A DNA stretch of 63,827 nucleotides, the filler included, from Reticulomyxa filosa (Eukaryota; Protista; Foraminifera): the NCBI GenBank assembly GCA_000512085.1. It is 13 parts of 13 records of this genome, joined end to end, with 100 filler letters (N's around TTAATTAATTAA, not from the genome) between each part and the next. Parts side by side here need not be neighbours in the genome. Positions count along the whole stretch, not along the records: positions 22,688 to 39,760 come from ASPP01005315.1; 12 more parts are not named here. The stretch is one strand, 5' to 3'. Both the position numbers and the translations under genes were made by a program. Every line of letters begins with the position of its first letter. Position 1 is the stretch's first letter. The notes under the pieces are model-generated. The model had not been told where the DNA came from and did no database searches. It saw only the letters and a list, made by a program, of their open reading frames with translations. Below, piece after piece: positions 23,243 to 37,400 of the stretch.

Positions 23243-24417
23243 TTCTTTTCCAAAAGAGTATCTTCAATCGACTTTCACTTTTCAAAAAAAAACTTCTCAC
23301 TTTACCAAAACAAAAAAAAACTTTAGCCCCCTTAGTTCCACGGTTTTAACTTACCTGTCTTCGTTACAGGTTGTGTTTAAGTTCATTGTATTCTACAAAG
23401 AATATTATTTTATTGAAGTTAGGTCATCAACATTCCGAAAGCAAGTTTACTTTATGATTTCGTGCTCGCTTCTTCGTGTGTTTACTTTGAAACGTTATTC
23501 TACAATGTAAAAAAGTAGTCCAGCTGAAAAAAAAAATTTTAACAGAAATTTCATCCATAGTGATCACAAACATACAAATGCAAATAACCAACATCACCAA
23601 AAAAGTGAATTGCAATCATTGTGCACAACCCATTATTTTTTTATTGAAAGAACGATATTTTAATTTGATTTTTTGTGTACGTATTGTTAAGTGTTTTGAG
23701 AATAAACATGAAGACACAAAAATATTATATCCACAGAATTGATAAACAAAAAAAAAAAAAAGCAAAGCTAATTCGGTGATTTTTTGTTTCAAGTTTAAGA
23801 AGCTTCAATCAAACAAAAAAAATGTTCGAAAGACGCCAAGTTATATATTTTTGGACAAATTTAGAGAAAACAACAAAAAAAAAGAAAAAGAAGAAAGAAA
23901 GAAAATCGTTCTCCCGTTTTGTTAGAGAAGATCTGTTAGGCTGTTTCACAAATTAAGAAAAAGAGCAATATTGGAACGAGATTCACGATTCAATGATGCC
24001 ATGCAGGAAGGAAGATTCCTCGACAGACAAGCCACACGAGCGAAGAAAAACAAAGACAAAGCAAAAGCAAAGCATGGCATATTACAGCAAAACACAACAA
24101 GTCACGCGCGCGAACAGGTTAGTAAACAAACAAACAAGCAAACAAGCAAGCAAGCAAACGGACAAGCAAACTAAACAAGCCAACCAACAGACAAACCGAC
24201 AGCCAAACAAAACGCAAAAAATGCAAACTCTTTTAAAGAGAATAATATGAAAAGGTGGGTTTTTAAGTAAGTTATTTTGGAGAAAGAGCCACTCAAGATT
24301 ATGTGTAAGTTAGTTTGTATGCAAGCAAAAGTGCGCCACATACAAGAGAGAGTTGTTTCTCCAAATAAATGAATAATAGCATAGCGAGTCAAGTATTAGC
24401 TTTTTTTTTTTTTTTTT

Positions 24418-27400
24418 TTACATTTTGACATTAGGCTGTCTCTTAATGAATTTGACGGTACCGTCCGAGCCGGTGCAAAGTATATCTCCCTGCGGCGTCC
24501 ACGTGCAGTCGGTAAGGCCAATGGACGCAACAGGCCAGCCCAAGCCAATGCCTACACCGGACGGGTGATTCAAGAATGTCTTTTTGGAGAACAGATTCCA
24601 CTCGGTGACGAGAGCGTGTGAAAAGTTGGTGATTTGCGTGGCAACATCGCGAATGGAAGTGAACTTGTGTTTGGCCAGGAAGCGCATGTCCCATACGCTG
24701 ACGACGCCCTCGAGAGACCCGGTCATGAGTTCTTGAGTGGGTTCAAAGTACTTAAGTTTCCAGATGCGCGACGTGCCGTGTTCCCATTTCAGGGTAGGGG
24801 AGGGTATTCTGGGATCGAATGCGTATAATGTACCACGATGTCCGCCTACGATAATGCAGCCGAGACTACCGCAGTTTTCTACGCAATTGGCGCCGGTCCC
24901 TTCATAGCACGTATACGAACGCACCAGCGACGACTGCGGATCATTGAACAACATATCGACGATTGTGACGTTGGCATTGTTGGACGACTCGCCGGCGGTG
25001 GCAATGAACGAAGTGCCCTTAATATACGCGAGATCTCGTCCGAGCTTGTCGTGACAATGGCGAACATGATACGCGCGGAACTCTCTGCGATATATGCTTC
25101 GTGGGACATTAAAGTGCCAAAAGTGAACATCGCCCAAATGCGACATTGCCGCCAACTTGTTGCCAAAGTCATTGAATCGTAGCGAAGTCATAAAGTCGGA
25201 CTTGGCGGCGCTGTTGGTCCGTCGCGACATGTGTCCACTCGGGTCCGCTCCGCCATGGTGAGATGCATTGCTGTCGGCGTTGTGCTGCGATGACAAGCTG
25301 GTTACCTCTTTGGCCGCCGACGTGACCGTGGTGAATGTCGCCAATGGCTCCTCGTACATGTAGTGCCAGAGATAGACCTCGCCCTTGCTGTTGCTGCTCG
25401 TGTACAGAGGTAAGTACGGGTGAGGCTCCAACACCAAAAACGCGTGGTTACGAATGTTCTTGGACTGTTCTTCTGTGGTCGACACGGGCGATGCTGTGGG
25501 AGTAGCGGCCATACTGTTTCGAGGTCTTTCGTCGGAAAAGGTTACCGTGTTTGTATTTGCGTTATTAACTTTAATGTTATTATTATTATTATTATTATTG
25601 TTATTGTTATTGTTATTATTTGCACTCGCAGCATTCGTCAATTGAATAACAGTCCCATCTGGAGTGTCCTTGTCTTTGGCTTTCTTTATCTTGCTTTGAT
25701 CTTCCTTCGTAGAAATGACTTTGCTATAGAAACGATACGAGTTGCTCAAGAAGCGACGCTGCTTGCCCAAAGACGGCACCTGGGAACACAGACCCCACAA
25801 GGGGATGTGCAATCGCATAGACGCAAAGGACTGCGGCATATTGCTATACACGCTATCCACCACTTCGGGCTGCGGGGCGGTCGAGTCTTTGCTGTCCTTG
25901 GTGGTCGACGGCATGTCCGGGACGTGCTCCAAGATGGCTGTCAGCTGCTCTTGTTTCAGCGACGCGTTGGACGCACGCGACGGCTGCGAGGGTTCTCTGG
26001 CGTCGCTGGCGGCGTTTGGAATGGCGGGCTTGGTCTTCTTTTCGTCTTCCGACAGACTCCACTCGTAGAAGGACGGCCTTCGAGTGGAGTTGGCAAGGGG
26101 TAGATGGGACGGGAGCAAAGGCGACTCTTTGGGCATTTTGCCACCGGACGAGTCCTGAGCATTGGGCATATACGAAGGCTGTCGAATGACTTGAAGAGCG
26201 CCGGGGCTGATTGGTGATTGATAATGTCCGTCGTCATGAGTCAAGGCGATTAATTCCGAGGCACTGGCGAATTCTGACTTTCGAGGATGATGATGTTGTT
26301 GTTGTTGTTGTTGAGGAGTAAGATGAGGAGTAAGATGATGCAACGAATACGAAGACATAGCGGCAATGACAGGGAAAGGATGATGTTCCTCTCGCCATTG
26401 CGAATTCATTTGCACGTAGTTCTGCAAGTGTTCGAAGCGATGTAGACACTGCACGAAGGAGTGCATTTCTCCGTCCAACAACGTGGTGCGATCGGGCGAG
26501 CGCAGACGGAAGCGCAACGAGTGATCGATGTTGATTTCGCGCAGTCCGACGGCCGACGCAACGGCGATCCATTGATTGGAGCAATTGTTGACACACACTT
26601 GCAACGTCAAGTCTTCGACGGTCTTAAAGATTTCATGTGGTGGATACCATTGACTACCTGCTTCTTTGTATGCAATGGCATTGTTGTTCTTCAACACAAA
26701 GGCAACTAGCTTGTCCATCAACGACTTGAGTGCGTCATTCACACCGAGGATATCGCAGATGCCTACATAACGTTCGTCTTTGGTATCGAGCGACGCGGCC
26801 ACGAGTTGCACCGTGTGCTGCACGCGATTGGTAGGTGTCTGCAACACATAGAACAGACACTGCTGGAACGTGTCTTGCAACGTGGCACTCATGTGGAACT
26901 CCCAATTGGCCAGCTGTGTACGTAGACGATGCATTTCGAAATAGGTGGACGAGTTATAACCAATTTTATCCACCAATTGCGTCCACTGTTTTAACCAATG
27001 ATCAAAGATCATAAAACGGAATGCTTGCTGCGCCAGACGTGACATCACGTCAATGGCCAATCCTCCGTTCAGCCAATGTCGATCCTCCACCTCGCTCTCT
27101 TCGATCATACGATGCTCCGCCACCACCGCTTCCGGAATGTCGTGCAGCTGCTCCAACCACGAGATCAATTGGCTAATGTTCGTATCCAGCTCTGCACGTT
27201 CGCATTGCTTTTCCAACCAGTCGTATCTGTTCTGTCCAAACGCCTGCAAGAAGATCATCGCATGCACAATGGAAGCCAACGCCGCCGAGGCGGTTATTCG
27301 CTCTTTGCCATGTAAGCCCAACGACTCCACCACATCTTGCCATTGCCACATGTATTGCAACGTATACATTTCCTCACACACTGCGAAGCGATGTGGCCGA

Positions 27401-27904
27401 TGCGTGATGACATACGACAGGTGCGATGTTTCGCGCGACAGTACGGTCAGCAGTCTGGTGAGGACAGGACCGGCCGGGATATTGCATGAGTGCAGGTTGA
27501 AATGTCGTAAATGACATTCTCCGTAAATGTAGTTGAGACATTGGATACTATCGAAGTTGGGATAGCGTTTTGACAAGTCAGCAAAGTCTTCTTTGGTTTG
27601 CTCGGGTTCCACGTGGTTACTGCTTTCCATCTCCGTGGCGCGAACGCATAAGAAGCGCCACAGCAATGAGGCTTCCAACTGACGCAAGCCCTCGTCCATT
27701 TCCATTCCACTGTATCGGTTCACATTATCTACCGCTTCCAATGCGTGAATCAGCAGACCACTGCGTCCATAGCTCACCGCCGCTCTGCGTTGCATTGCGA
27801 TTAGATCTGATTCCACTACTGTTTGTGATGCGCGTAAATAAGCTTCGGGAACAAAAGGTGAAGTCAATTCCAATTCTTTTGATTCTTCCTTCTTATTATT
27901 ATTA

Positions 27905-27959
<55 letters not shown>

Positions 27960-30862
27960 CACCGTTGGCATTACCAAGCATATCATTCATATCAAATCCA
28001 TCCATAAAATCTGCAAACAATGGCGACTCAAAGATAGCGGCGGCACTCATGGCAGTCTTGTTCGCATTGCTCTTTTGCGCGTCTGTTTTTTGCGCGCTGC
28101 TGGCCATTTCGTTGTACTTGACAAACTGCAAAAATGCGTGAATGGTCGGGGCGTCGCACATTTCCAAATGCTTCTGCGCTTGCGTCTGCGTGCGCGACGT
28201 GAACGCGTGCACTGACTCGGCCGGCTTCTTCAGCCACCACAGCAGCATGTGCTCAACCCAAACGTCGTCGTAAAACTTGGACTCGACAAACGACAAGATC
28301 TTGGACTGCACTATGGCGGCGTACGTGGTCCAATTGTTTTCGTATACGTACCTGGCGATGAGCAATGCCAAGTGAGGATCATTGAGCGACTCGACGGCCA
28401 CGGTGACGGCATTCTCGTATTCCCCGGCCAAGACCAAAAGGCACAGCTTTGAACAAAGTCGCGTTTGCCTTGGAGCTTGAAGGCATTGGCACGTGCAGCC
28501 TCTTGGTTCTTTGGAGTGGTAAAGTCTTTGCAAAACCATGCATACAAAGCCTCCTTCCCTTTCATCACGCGCAGCAATTCGACAAAGACACTCTTTTATT
28601 CAGCAACAGATACCACAGCAAACTGTCCGGAGGGTTTTTCGATTTCTTATAAACATCCTGCGCCAGACGCAACACGAGCTGATCCAAACGCTGCTTTGAT
28701 CGTAGCCAGTACCCGACACCCATTTGCTTAACGGTCTCGTATGTGAGTAGACGGTCGGTCTTGGGCAGACACAAGTCGAGCAGCGCGTCTTGACATTGCG
28801 AGTGCAACGCAAAGGCCACCGACGAGGTCGGTACGAACGACCGTCGCTGCAGCAGATACAAGTTGGTGGCGAACATGAAACGCGCACCGGCCAAGTCCAA
28901 GTTGCGACGTTGCTCTTGGATCGATTGCAACGACTGGATCAATGCTAGTAACGTCAGGTTGTGCGTCGTGGATACCATCGGCAGTTGGATCTTCATCAGC
29001 AAGTCATGCAACTCACGCGTGTCCTTTGCTGTCAAATAGTGTTTCGAGGTGGTGTCGTCAAAGTCAAACTTTTTCAATGCACCAAATCCATAATTTGTGG
29101 ACATATCATCTCCACCTCCTCCTCCATTTGAATTGAAATTACCATTGTTATTGTTATTGTTATTATTATTATTATTATTATTATTGTTATTATTATTGTT
29201 ATTATTATTGTTATTATTATTATTATTATTATTGCCATTGTTGTTATTATTAACATTGACTTGGTCAAACAACCAGTCGATTGGAACCAATACTTTCATC
29301 CTCGTTTTGACATTATGCACACCGTGCGCGTCCTCCGGAATCAAGCGCAGCACTTGCAGCAGATCTTTCAAAATGCGGTGGATGCGAGGCAGATTCCCGC
29401 ACTTCATGTCTTCATAGAGGGCCAAGGGGTGATACAAGGGACGTCCGGGCCACCCCGCGACGCTGGACGTGGACAGCCTCACGACGAGCCAGCGCTCAAC
29501 GTCCTTGCGATACAATAAAAGAATAGTCGGGGACAGGATTAAGACGCCGCTGATGATGGCCTTTCTAGGCCATAAGGCCTCGACTTTTTCCAAGTTGTCG
29601 CGGTCGACATTGTCGAGGACAATGTCCTGTAGCATGAAAGTGCGAAAGTACTCTTCGCTTCGCCAATGGATATTCAGGTCGCGAAGCACAGGGAAGTATA
29701 GTCTCAAACTGCTGATCTCCTCGTTTCCGCACATCATGCACGTGCCTCCGGCCGTGGTGAGCAGCGTGATATCTTTCCACGCGTGGTTGGGATTGGGATT
29801 GGGGATGGCCACTTCAAACTGCCACTCATTGGGAGTTGAGTCGTGTTCATATATCGTCACGCCGTGTTTCGGATGCAAGTACATGAGTGTGGCCTCGTCG
29901 ATGCATTTGGGATTCAAATGGAGCTTATCGCCAACAACGGTCGCAAATTGTTCGGGTAATGCAATATTCTCTTTCGTGTACTTGCCGTGCTCATCAAACT
30001 CGTAGCTTGTCGATATGTACGTGCGGTTCTTTGAAGAGTCCACAAATACAAGTACCAATGTGCTGATATGGCCCAACACAGCACCACTGGCGGCCACGCA
30101 CACCAAGTTGGCTGCAAACTTTTCTGACGTCACGGCGGCCATTAGACGTGATGAGTAATGACTCCCACTCCTCTCCGTGCGGTATACTTCCTTGTCGATC
30201 TTGCCACTACGCACAACAATAGGCGCCGGTCTTCGCTCCGATCTCTTCCAATGCGACATCACGTTGGCCGCCAAACATGGATTTCGCGAACGCACACTAT
30301 CACCGTGAGCCTTGATCTCGGACGACGGACGTGTTATCATAAAGATACATTTATCTTCGTTATGCTTGTCGTCGATATGTGCGTGCTTGAAGTCGCCCAT
30401 CTGCTTCATCAATGTCGGTGTGGTCACGTTGTCGCTCTTGTGATGCGAGTGGTGCGCATGCGGCTGCATGTGCGATGATGCATGCGTAGTCTGGTTCTTT
30501 TCGAACGGACGTGTCAGCATGGGGATGTCCAGACGAAATCCTTGCCAGCCACTCTCCTGAACGACCACGATCATCTTCGTTCGCACGCGCTTCTTCCGTG
30601 CGTGAGGTGTTTTCTTGATGTCTTCGATGCTGCTGCTGCTGTTGCTGTTGCTGATGATGATGATGATGCGACTGCAGCAGAGGGAGATGTCGTCGTTGCT
30701 GTTACAATTTCTGTGTGTGAAGTAATAAACATGCCATGGATCTTCTCATTCGCCAACAAAGAGATCGGGGACTCCCATACTTTGAACCAGCCATGACGAC
30801 TTTGATACATGTGTAAACTCAATATAAACGTTGGCGGTGGAGATGAGATCACATTGGATGAC

Positions 30863-30924
<62 letters not shown>

Positions 30925-32177
30925 AGAGATACAGACCAGCCGTCGATGCCCACTGTCCCAAACAAACGACTCCACATGCGCGGGCAGAGAGTAGACCAAC
31001 TGCGGCGGGTCATTGCACGTGTGCGAATCCAACATTTGGTTGTAGTCGAAGACCGTGAGACGGCCGCTCTGACACTTTGCGGCGAATACGTGGAAGCGCA
31101 GTGACGGGTGTCGAACGAATGAGACGATGGGGTCGTTGGTAAGACACCCACCCAACATGCGGTTGCACACGACTTGCAGTGTGTTGATGTTGATCGTAAA
31201 GTGGGCCAAGACGCCGCTAGTGAAGAAGGAGTACCACTCGATGCAAACTGGAGACAACAGAGAGGAGGAGTTGGCCTTGGGGAGACATACACCCGTGCTT
31301 GAATCGAAAAAGAAACCCAAGCAACGCGAGTTCACTGTTCGATTTAAGCGATTGATCATGCCGTGTTCGATGAACACAAACTCGATCATTGACGCCTTCG
31401 ATGTGTTCAGCGACACCAAGTTGGAGATAAAGTAAATCGTTATGTTCCCAAACTCGTCCAGCGTAAACAGCCACATGTGATCCACAAACTCGTCAATGCT
31501 AAACTGCTGTCGAAGCGACGAGATATCGCGAATTCCATTCAACAACACGCTAAACCCCAAATATTTACACTTGTCCAAACTTTGGATACACCGAAAATAA
31601 AAATGGCTCCTATTGTCATCCGTGTTCGAAGTAATGATATTTGTATTGAGCTTATTGTTATTGTTATTATTATTATTATTACTGTTATTATTATTATTAT
31701 TATTATTATTGCCATTGCTATTAGCATGCTTATTAGTATTATCTTTTAATATTTTTTCGTCTCCTCCAAGAAATGACAAAGTCAAAGCCAATGCTTTGTT
31801 ATTAGCAATAATGTTCGCCGTGGTGTCGTCATCATCGTAGTCGATTTCATTCCACAAATGAATGCTTCCATTTTCGTCCATAACAATCAAAATGGCCTGT
31901 CCTGCTGTGCGATGCCACTGACACTCAAACGCGCCCGTGCCGTCGTTCGTCTCCCACGTCCACATGCCCAAATACCATTTCTCAAAATCATCTCCATAAT
32001 TGCTGAGGCTTTTCTTTCGCTCTTGCTCGCCACCGACGTCTTCATCGTCATATCGCGACATTGTCATTGAGGGCTGTCGCTTCCACATTTGAACTATTTT
32101 GGTCCACCGTTTATCTATCACATCAATGCCTGTCGTCGTCGTCGCTGGTGTTGTCGTCGCTGGTGTTGTCGTCGTCG

Positions 32178-32230
<53 letters not shown>

Positions 32231-33187
32231 ATTGCTTCTGCAGACGCATCGACCTCTCTCCATCCAGCTTTGGTCTTCAACACATGCAGACACTTTTGCG
32301 TATCAATAATGGCCACCCACCAATGACATGGCGTCGCCTTCACCTCAATACTTTCGATTTGCCGTGCCAAATAACCGTTGCCTTTGCCATCCTCCTTGTC
32401 GTTCCCATCGTCGTCTTTTTTCATTTCCCATTCTAACACCACAGTTCGACTTCGAACTATTTTGCCCCTTTTTTTGTCCCTTTCTCTTTCTTTTTCTTTT
32501 TCTTTTTCTTTTTCTTTCTCCTTTTCATTGTCTTTTTGAGTGTCATTTTCTTTATCTTTATCTTTCTCCTTATCTTTGTCTTTAAATTTATTTCTTGCCT
32601 TATCTTTTTCTCTTTCGTCCAATTGCGAATGGTATCTGTCAATGACGTCGCCCAAATGATACAACACAATTTCATTTTTTTTGGCAATGGCGAGTCCCGA
32701 CCCCTTGTCAAAGTAGCGACAGCTCGTCACGTTGTTCTCCGACAATACACATTCCAAACGCATTTCGTGATCAAACACTCGGTAAATATGCACTTCCGTC
32801 TCCGTCACTATCAACAACTGGTTACTGTAGCCATACAGCTCGCATACATTCCAACCAAACTCCAGCGTGTGCAGTACTTCAAATCGGTGGTCTAATATTA
32901 CCACACGTTTGTTCTCGCTCACATATGCCTAATCATATACACATACATATATACATATGTACATAATATATACATATATATATTTTTTTTTTTTTTTAAC
33001 ATAAAAGGTTTGTGTATTCATGTATATTTAACCCCCTTTTTTTTCCTTCTTCCCCCCCTCTCTTTAGGCTTCACTAAACTGCAAATGTTCTCTTCGGGGA
33101 CCCATGCGAAGCCAAAAATGTCGTCTTTCTTGGATCATCAGGAAATGAAGAAAGACTGGAAAACAATTTCGCAGTCACCCTTTGCAT
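24418..33187 (-). CDS. DmX-like / rabconnectin-3 alpha / Rav1 WD40 protein
   Basis: Spliced N-terminus RTFA|AYVSENKRVVILD. Rav1_C-like FALHSQCQDALL, MGVGYWLRS, KDFT...ARANAFKLQGKRDF, LAGEYENAV..V.SLNDPHLALLIARY. C-terminal WD40s LEPHPYLPLY...LCTGSDGTVKF. Three frame breaks (~30600-30700, 28594-28597, 28436-28439). Confidence 0.9.
27893..27960 (-). repeat. (AAT)n poly-Asn tract in DMXL-like gene
   Basis: Direct TTA/ATT run on + strand. Confidence 0.95.
29147..29250 (-). repeat. (AAT/AAC)n poly-Asn tract in DMXL-like gene
   Basis: Direct. Confidence 0.95.
30857..30922 (-). repeat. (TCA)n poly-Ser tract in DMXL-like gene
   Basis: GAT run on + strand. Confidence 0.95.
32131..32230 (-). repeat. 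(ACA/ACG)n poly-Thr tract in DMXL-like gene
   Basis: GTT/GTC run on + strand. Confidence 0.95.
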
Positions 33188-33554
33188 CACGCTTTGACTG
33201 TTGACTGAATGATTTGTTCTGTAAAGGATCCCTTAACTTTTTATTGTTGGTGTACGACGTCTAACTCAATCATCATTTCTGTCAAAAAATAACAGCGTGG
33301 ATATCCATGTAAAACAAAACAAAAAATTTCTGGCCTACACTCGATCAAAAGAAGCACTAATGACGAATAATTTCCTACTTTTCAACTTTTGTTTAATCAC
33401 TGTAAATGGCCACTTTGTATCTTTTCATTAATCTCTCCCTAACTCTGGGACAATCAATTATTTTTTTTAGTTGAGCAAATTGAGATAATCACAATGTTTG
33501 CTATTCGTTCTCCTAATTAAGGGGCACGTAGAAAGAGGGGAAAAAAAAGTTGAG

Positions 33555-34477
33555 ATGGCATTATCATCGCGAATGCCTATCATTCGCGCATGGGGTAGTT
33601 TTTTTGAACATTTTGGCCCACCTGTTCACTTAGAAGAGAGAATATCTACAAATTTGTCTTATTTTATGGGCAACTACCTAATGATAACTGCGGCAGTGTT
33701 TGTCGTAACCTGGTGAACATAACAAAAAAAAATCAATCTTGTGTCACTGCACTTCCAACACTGACTTTATTCCAAAAAAAAAAATATTAAAAATGATATG
33801 TTTTGTGTATGTATGTGGTGTTACCATGTTATAATTTTCAACAAAAATGATAAAAAAAACCACTCGAAAATGGCGACAGTGCAACAAACCCAGTGCTGTT
33901 AATAACAGCAATGATGTGTGTGGGCGGAAGTGTTGTGGTGAAAAATATCTTATCCGGTCGAATAAAAAAACTGAGCACGAATAAAACAGTGAAGAAAAAG
34001 CCGGACAGCAATGAGCAAAAAAAATCGGACCCAAAATTCCAAGAAGCGTGCAAAGTAAATAAGCGAATTGCACGCTCTTATGTCTATTTTTCTCTCGTCA
34101 TGTGCTTTCTCAGTGGCGGCTTAAATGTTATCGTGGCCATTTTGTTGTCTTTCTTAAGTTGAGACTTTTCAATCAGCCAACGTTTATGTGTATTTTCTCT
34201 TTTTTTTTTTAAAAATGAAGGATTAAAAAAAAAAGGGATCAAAAATTTTAAGTTTAAAATGAGTTCAATTCGAGTTATATATACATGTACACATATATAT
34301 ATTTGCACTTTCTTGTTTTAAATCAAATGCGATACAGTATGCCTTGGACATGCGGTTTTTCATATGCGCAGCGTGACTTCTCGAGTGATTCGTTGGGCTG
34401 ATTTTTCTAAAGGCTTTGCTCCAATCACCATGCTGGAAAACTATCTCGCTGACATTCGACTCGATGCTAAAAAGTAA
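33555..34477 (+). CDS. PRA1 (prenylated Rab acceptor) family protein
   Basis: IRAWGSFF...LEERISTNLSYFMGNY motif, hydrophobic segments, last exon CLGHAVFHMRS. Three exons; TAA 34475-34477. Confidence 0.8.
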
Positions 34478-37400
34478 TTGTCGCAACTTTTAATGCATAT
34501 CACTCTACCTTTTGTCTTCTCAAAGAGCAACAGAATATATACACATTCAGAAATAACTGTGTCAAAGATCTTTTTTTGCCATTGTTGGTTTGTAATCTTT
34601 TTCAAATACATTCAACAAATTATTTCTTGGACAATACAGTAATTTTGTCTCACATTAATCTTTTCTTCACTTACAGTTTTCCAAAATAGTACTCTAAAAT
34701 GCGTATGGCTCTTTGTTTGCGAAAAAATCAACTTCTTGCTTATGATTGCAAAAAAGGGCTGCTTGCACAAATTGTCGAAAGTTTTGGATGTGTCACCAAT
34801 ATACGCAAATACTGCAACTTGCAAAAAATGGCAAAAATAAAATGACACTAATTAAATTTGGTAATTTCTTTTGATATTGTAGAACAAGGAATTTGTTTGT
34901 GCTGCTGTTCAAAAATGGCTTTACTCAAAAATAAATTTTCAAGTAAATGGAAAAAAAAGTTTGAAGTAAGTACAACTTTAAATCTATTTTGTATTTTTTA
35001 TGAATATTTATGTTTATTTTTTTAATTTATTTGTTTATGAAAAATTTGCTTTTTGCTTTTTTTTGCATTACTTTGATTTGCATTGACTCAATATTAATAA
35101 TGTGATATCGTTTTTTATTATCATATAGTTATATATATACTTCAGAGTCATTATTTTTAATTATATGTTCTATTTCTGTATCGAAGACTTACTGTATGTT
35201 ATTACTTTTTAAATTTACTTTGATATTTCTATTTTGTCAAATTTATTTCAAAACTTTACCAGTTCTTATGACTACAAATGAAAATAGCAAGGTTGATATT
35301 AAAATGGATTGTTTGATGTTTAGATTCACTTAAGTTGTATATGATTTTTACATTATTATTTGTTTTCAAAAATTCATACAAAAAAAGATATTTTGTATTT
35401 GAAAAAACTTCAATTAAAAAGTTGAATAATTTTAATATATCCTTATGTTATATCATCAATACATTTGGATATTCAGTTACTACTTCATCTCCCATCGCAT
35501 TGCGACACTCAATATTTAATAAACCATAAAACAGATTCAACACTATTTTTTTTGTATGTATATGCAATTGTGTATATTTATTGATCATTCTTTCTATTCT
35601 ATCTTTATTTTTGAAACTGATTTAAGTTGTTCATTGAATGGAAATACTATTTGATAAAATATATACACATACACTACATAAACTGATATATTTCTTCACG
35701 TGATTTGTCACATAGCTATTGTTGGATATATTGCATTATGTGCAAAGCATTTGATTGTTTTGTTAGCTTCTATCTGAATGTGATATTTTAAAATTAATTT
35801 TTCAATTGAATCCGATCTTGCTTTGTCCATTTCCAACAGAATTAATTTGAACTTACAGCAATTTTTAATTTTTGTCTGGAAAAAGTAAATACTTGTTATT
35901 GTGATTTTTTTATCTGCTTCCAGAAACAAAAAAAAATTGACAACAAATTTAAGCATTATTTCATTATTTTTTTGTTTTTTTCATACTTATCTTAAATGAA
36001 ATAAAAAATTGTCATAATATCTATTTATGTTATATTTTTAAAAGTAAAATAAAGCGATAAAAAATGATATTATAAACTTGTTTCACAATTTTCAGAAACA
36101 CTATATTTTTTTTTTGCTTGTTAGTTTTTAAAAATACAAAACAAGCAAACAAACCAATAAACAAAAATAACACTAAAAAAGAAAGATTTAGCTTTTTTTT
36201 TTGTCGATTTAATTTACATTTTTCAAATACTCATTTGTTTGAGTTAGATTGCATCATTTGTGACATTCACTGAACATTCAGTATCATTTTTCGCAATCGC
36301 TAAATTTCTAATTTGCTAATTTATATATTTCTTCTTTTTTATATTACAAAACAAACACACAGACTAAGACCTCGAAACGATGTGCCGATTATACAATATA
36401 TATAGACTGTATGTAAATATGTTTTGTGTTAAAGCTTGAATTAACTGTCAAAATATTTTACACTATAATTACATATACATATATATATTATATATTCAAA
36501 TAAATGGATTTTTACTGTAAAAGTGAAAATTTTTTTGAAAGTCAAAATAAATTTACATGCAATGCAATACAAATGTTGGTCACAAAGAAAATGAACGCTA
36601 GTTGTGGAAAGGACAGTTGTTGAATGCAAACAAGTTTCAGTTTCAGTCTTAATTTCATAAGAATCAACTTTATATAGTTCCAAATAACTTGATAAAGATT
36701 CCAAGTATGTTGATTATGATTCAATATCTGTCTTGGCAGAAGCCAACATACGACTGTATGTATAACAAACTAGTAATACTTCCGACTAAGGCATTGTCAC
36801 TGTCACAATAGAATATATTTCAAGCAAAAAGAACCACTTAAACTTTTTTCCAACGAACAATTTTCACATCCCCAAACGTTAACAATTTTTAACTTGGTTG
36901 AAATTAAGTTTACCAGTTAAAGAATTGACATCATAACAACACAAAGCATGCATAAATGGTCTGCGTGCTCACAGTTTGGGGCAGTTGAAACTTCAGCTTT
37001 GACATAACTTTTCAATCCTGAGTACAAAAAATATACTTATATCCTTCAGACACGTTTCACTGGGTCAATGAGTCAATATCAGTTACATTTGTATTAATAT
37101 TGTTGTTATTTTTTTTTATACGTATTTCTTCAAAAAAAAATCTATTAAAAAATTCTTAACGGTTTTAGTGATTCCATTCTTTGTGCATGCATACTTGAAC
37201 CATGAATCAGTGGAAATCAAAGCAGTTACCATGCATTTGTCTATCGCGTACTTGAAAAGCAACAGTCAGTTAAAATAATGAATAACATAGTTATTAGTGA
37301 TGTCCACAAATTGTGATGTACTTCCAGCGAGTGGGAAGCTGTTTTGATCTTTGCAAATTGTGACACTAATACAAAAGCTAAGTAAAGTGCGCTCAATAAC

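Noticed and set aside
24040-24215. CAAA/GCAA-rich stretch with short plus-strand ORFs
   Set aside because: Low-complexity sequence downstream of the DMXL-like stop; the ORFs are repeat translations.
28430-28600. Programmed ribosomal frameshifting in the DMXL-like gene
   Set aside because: No shared slippery or stop-adjacent motif across sites, and corrections in this window go in both directions. Homopolymer error is more parsimonious pending read data.
25420-30478. Long plus-strand ORFs overlapping DMXL (e.g. 25420-26103, 29469-30005) and similar antisense ORFs over genes A and B
   Set aside because: Shadow ORFs of GC-richer coding sequence and trinucleotide repeats; no recognisable protein features.
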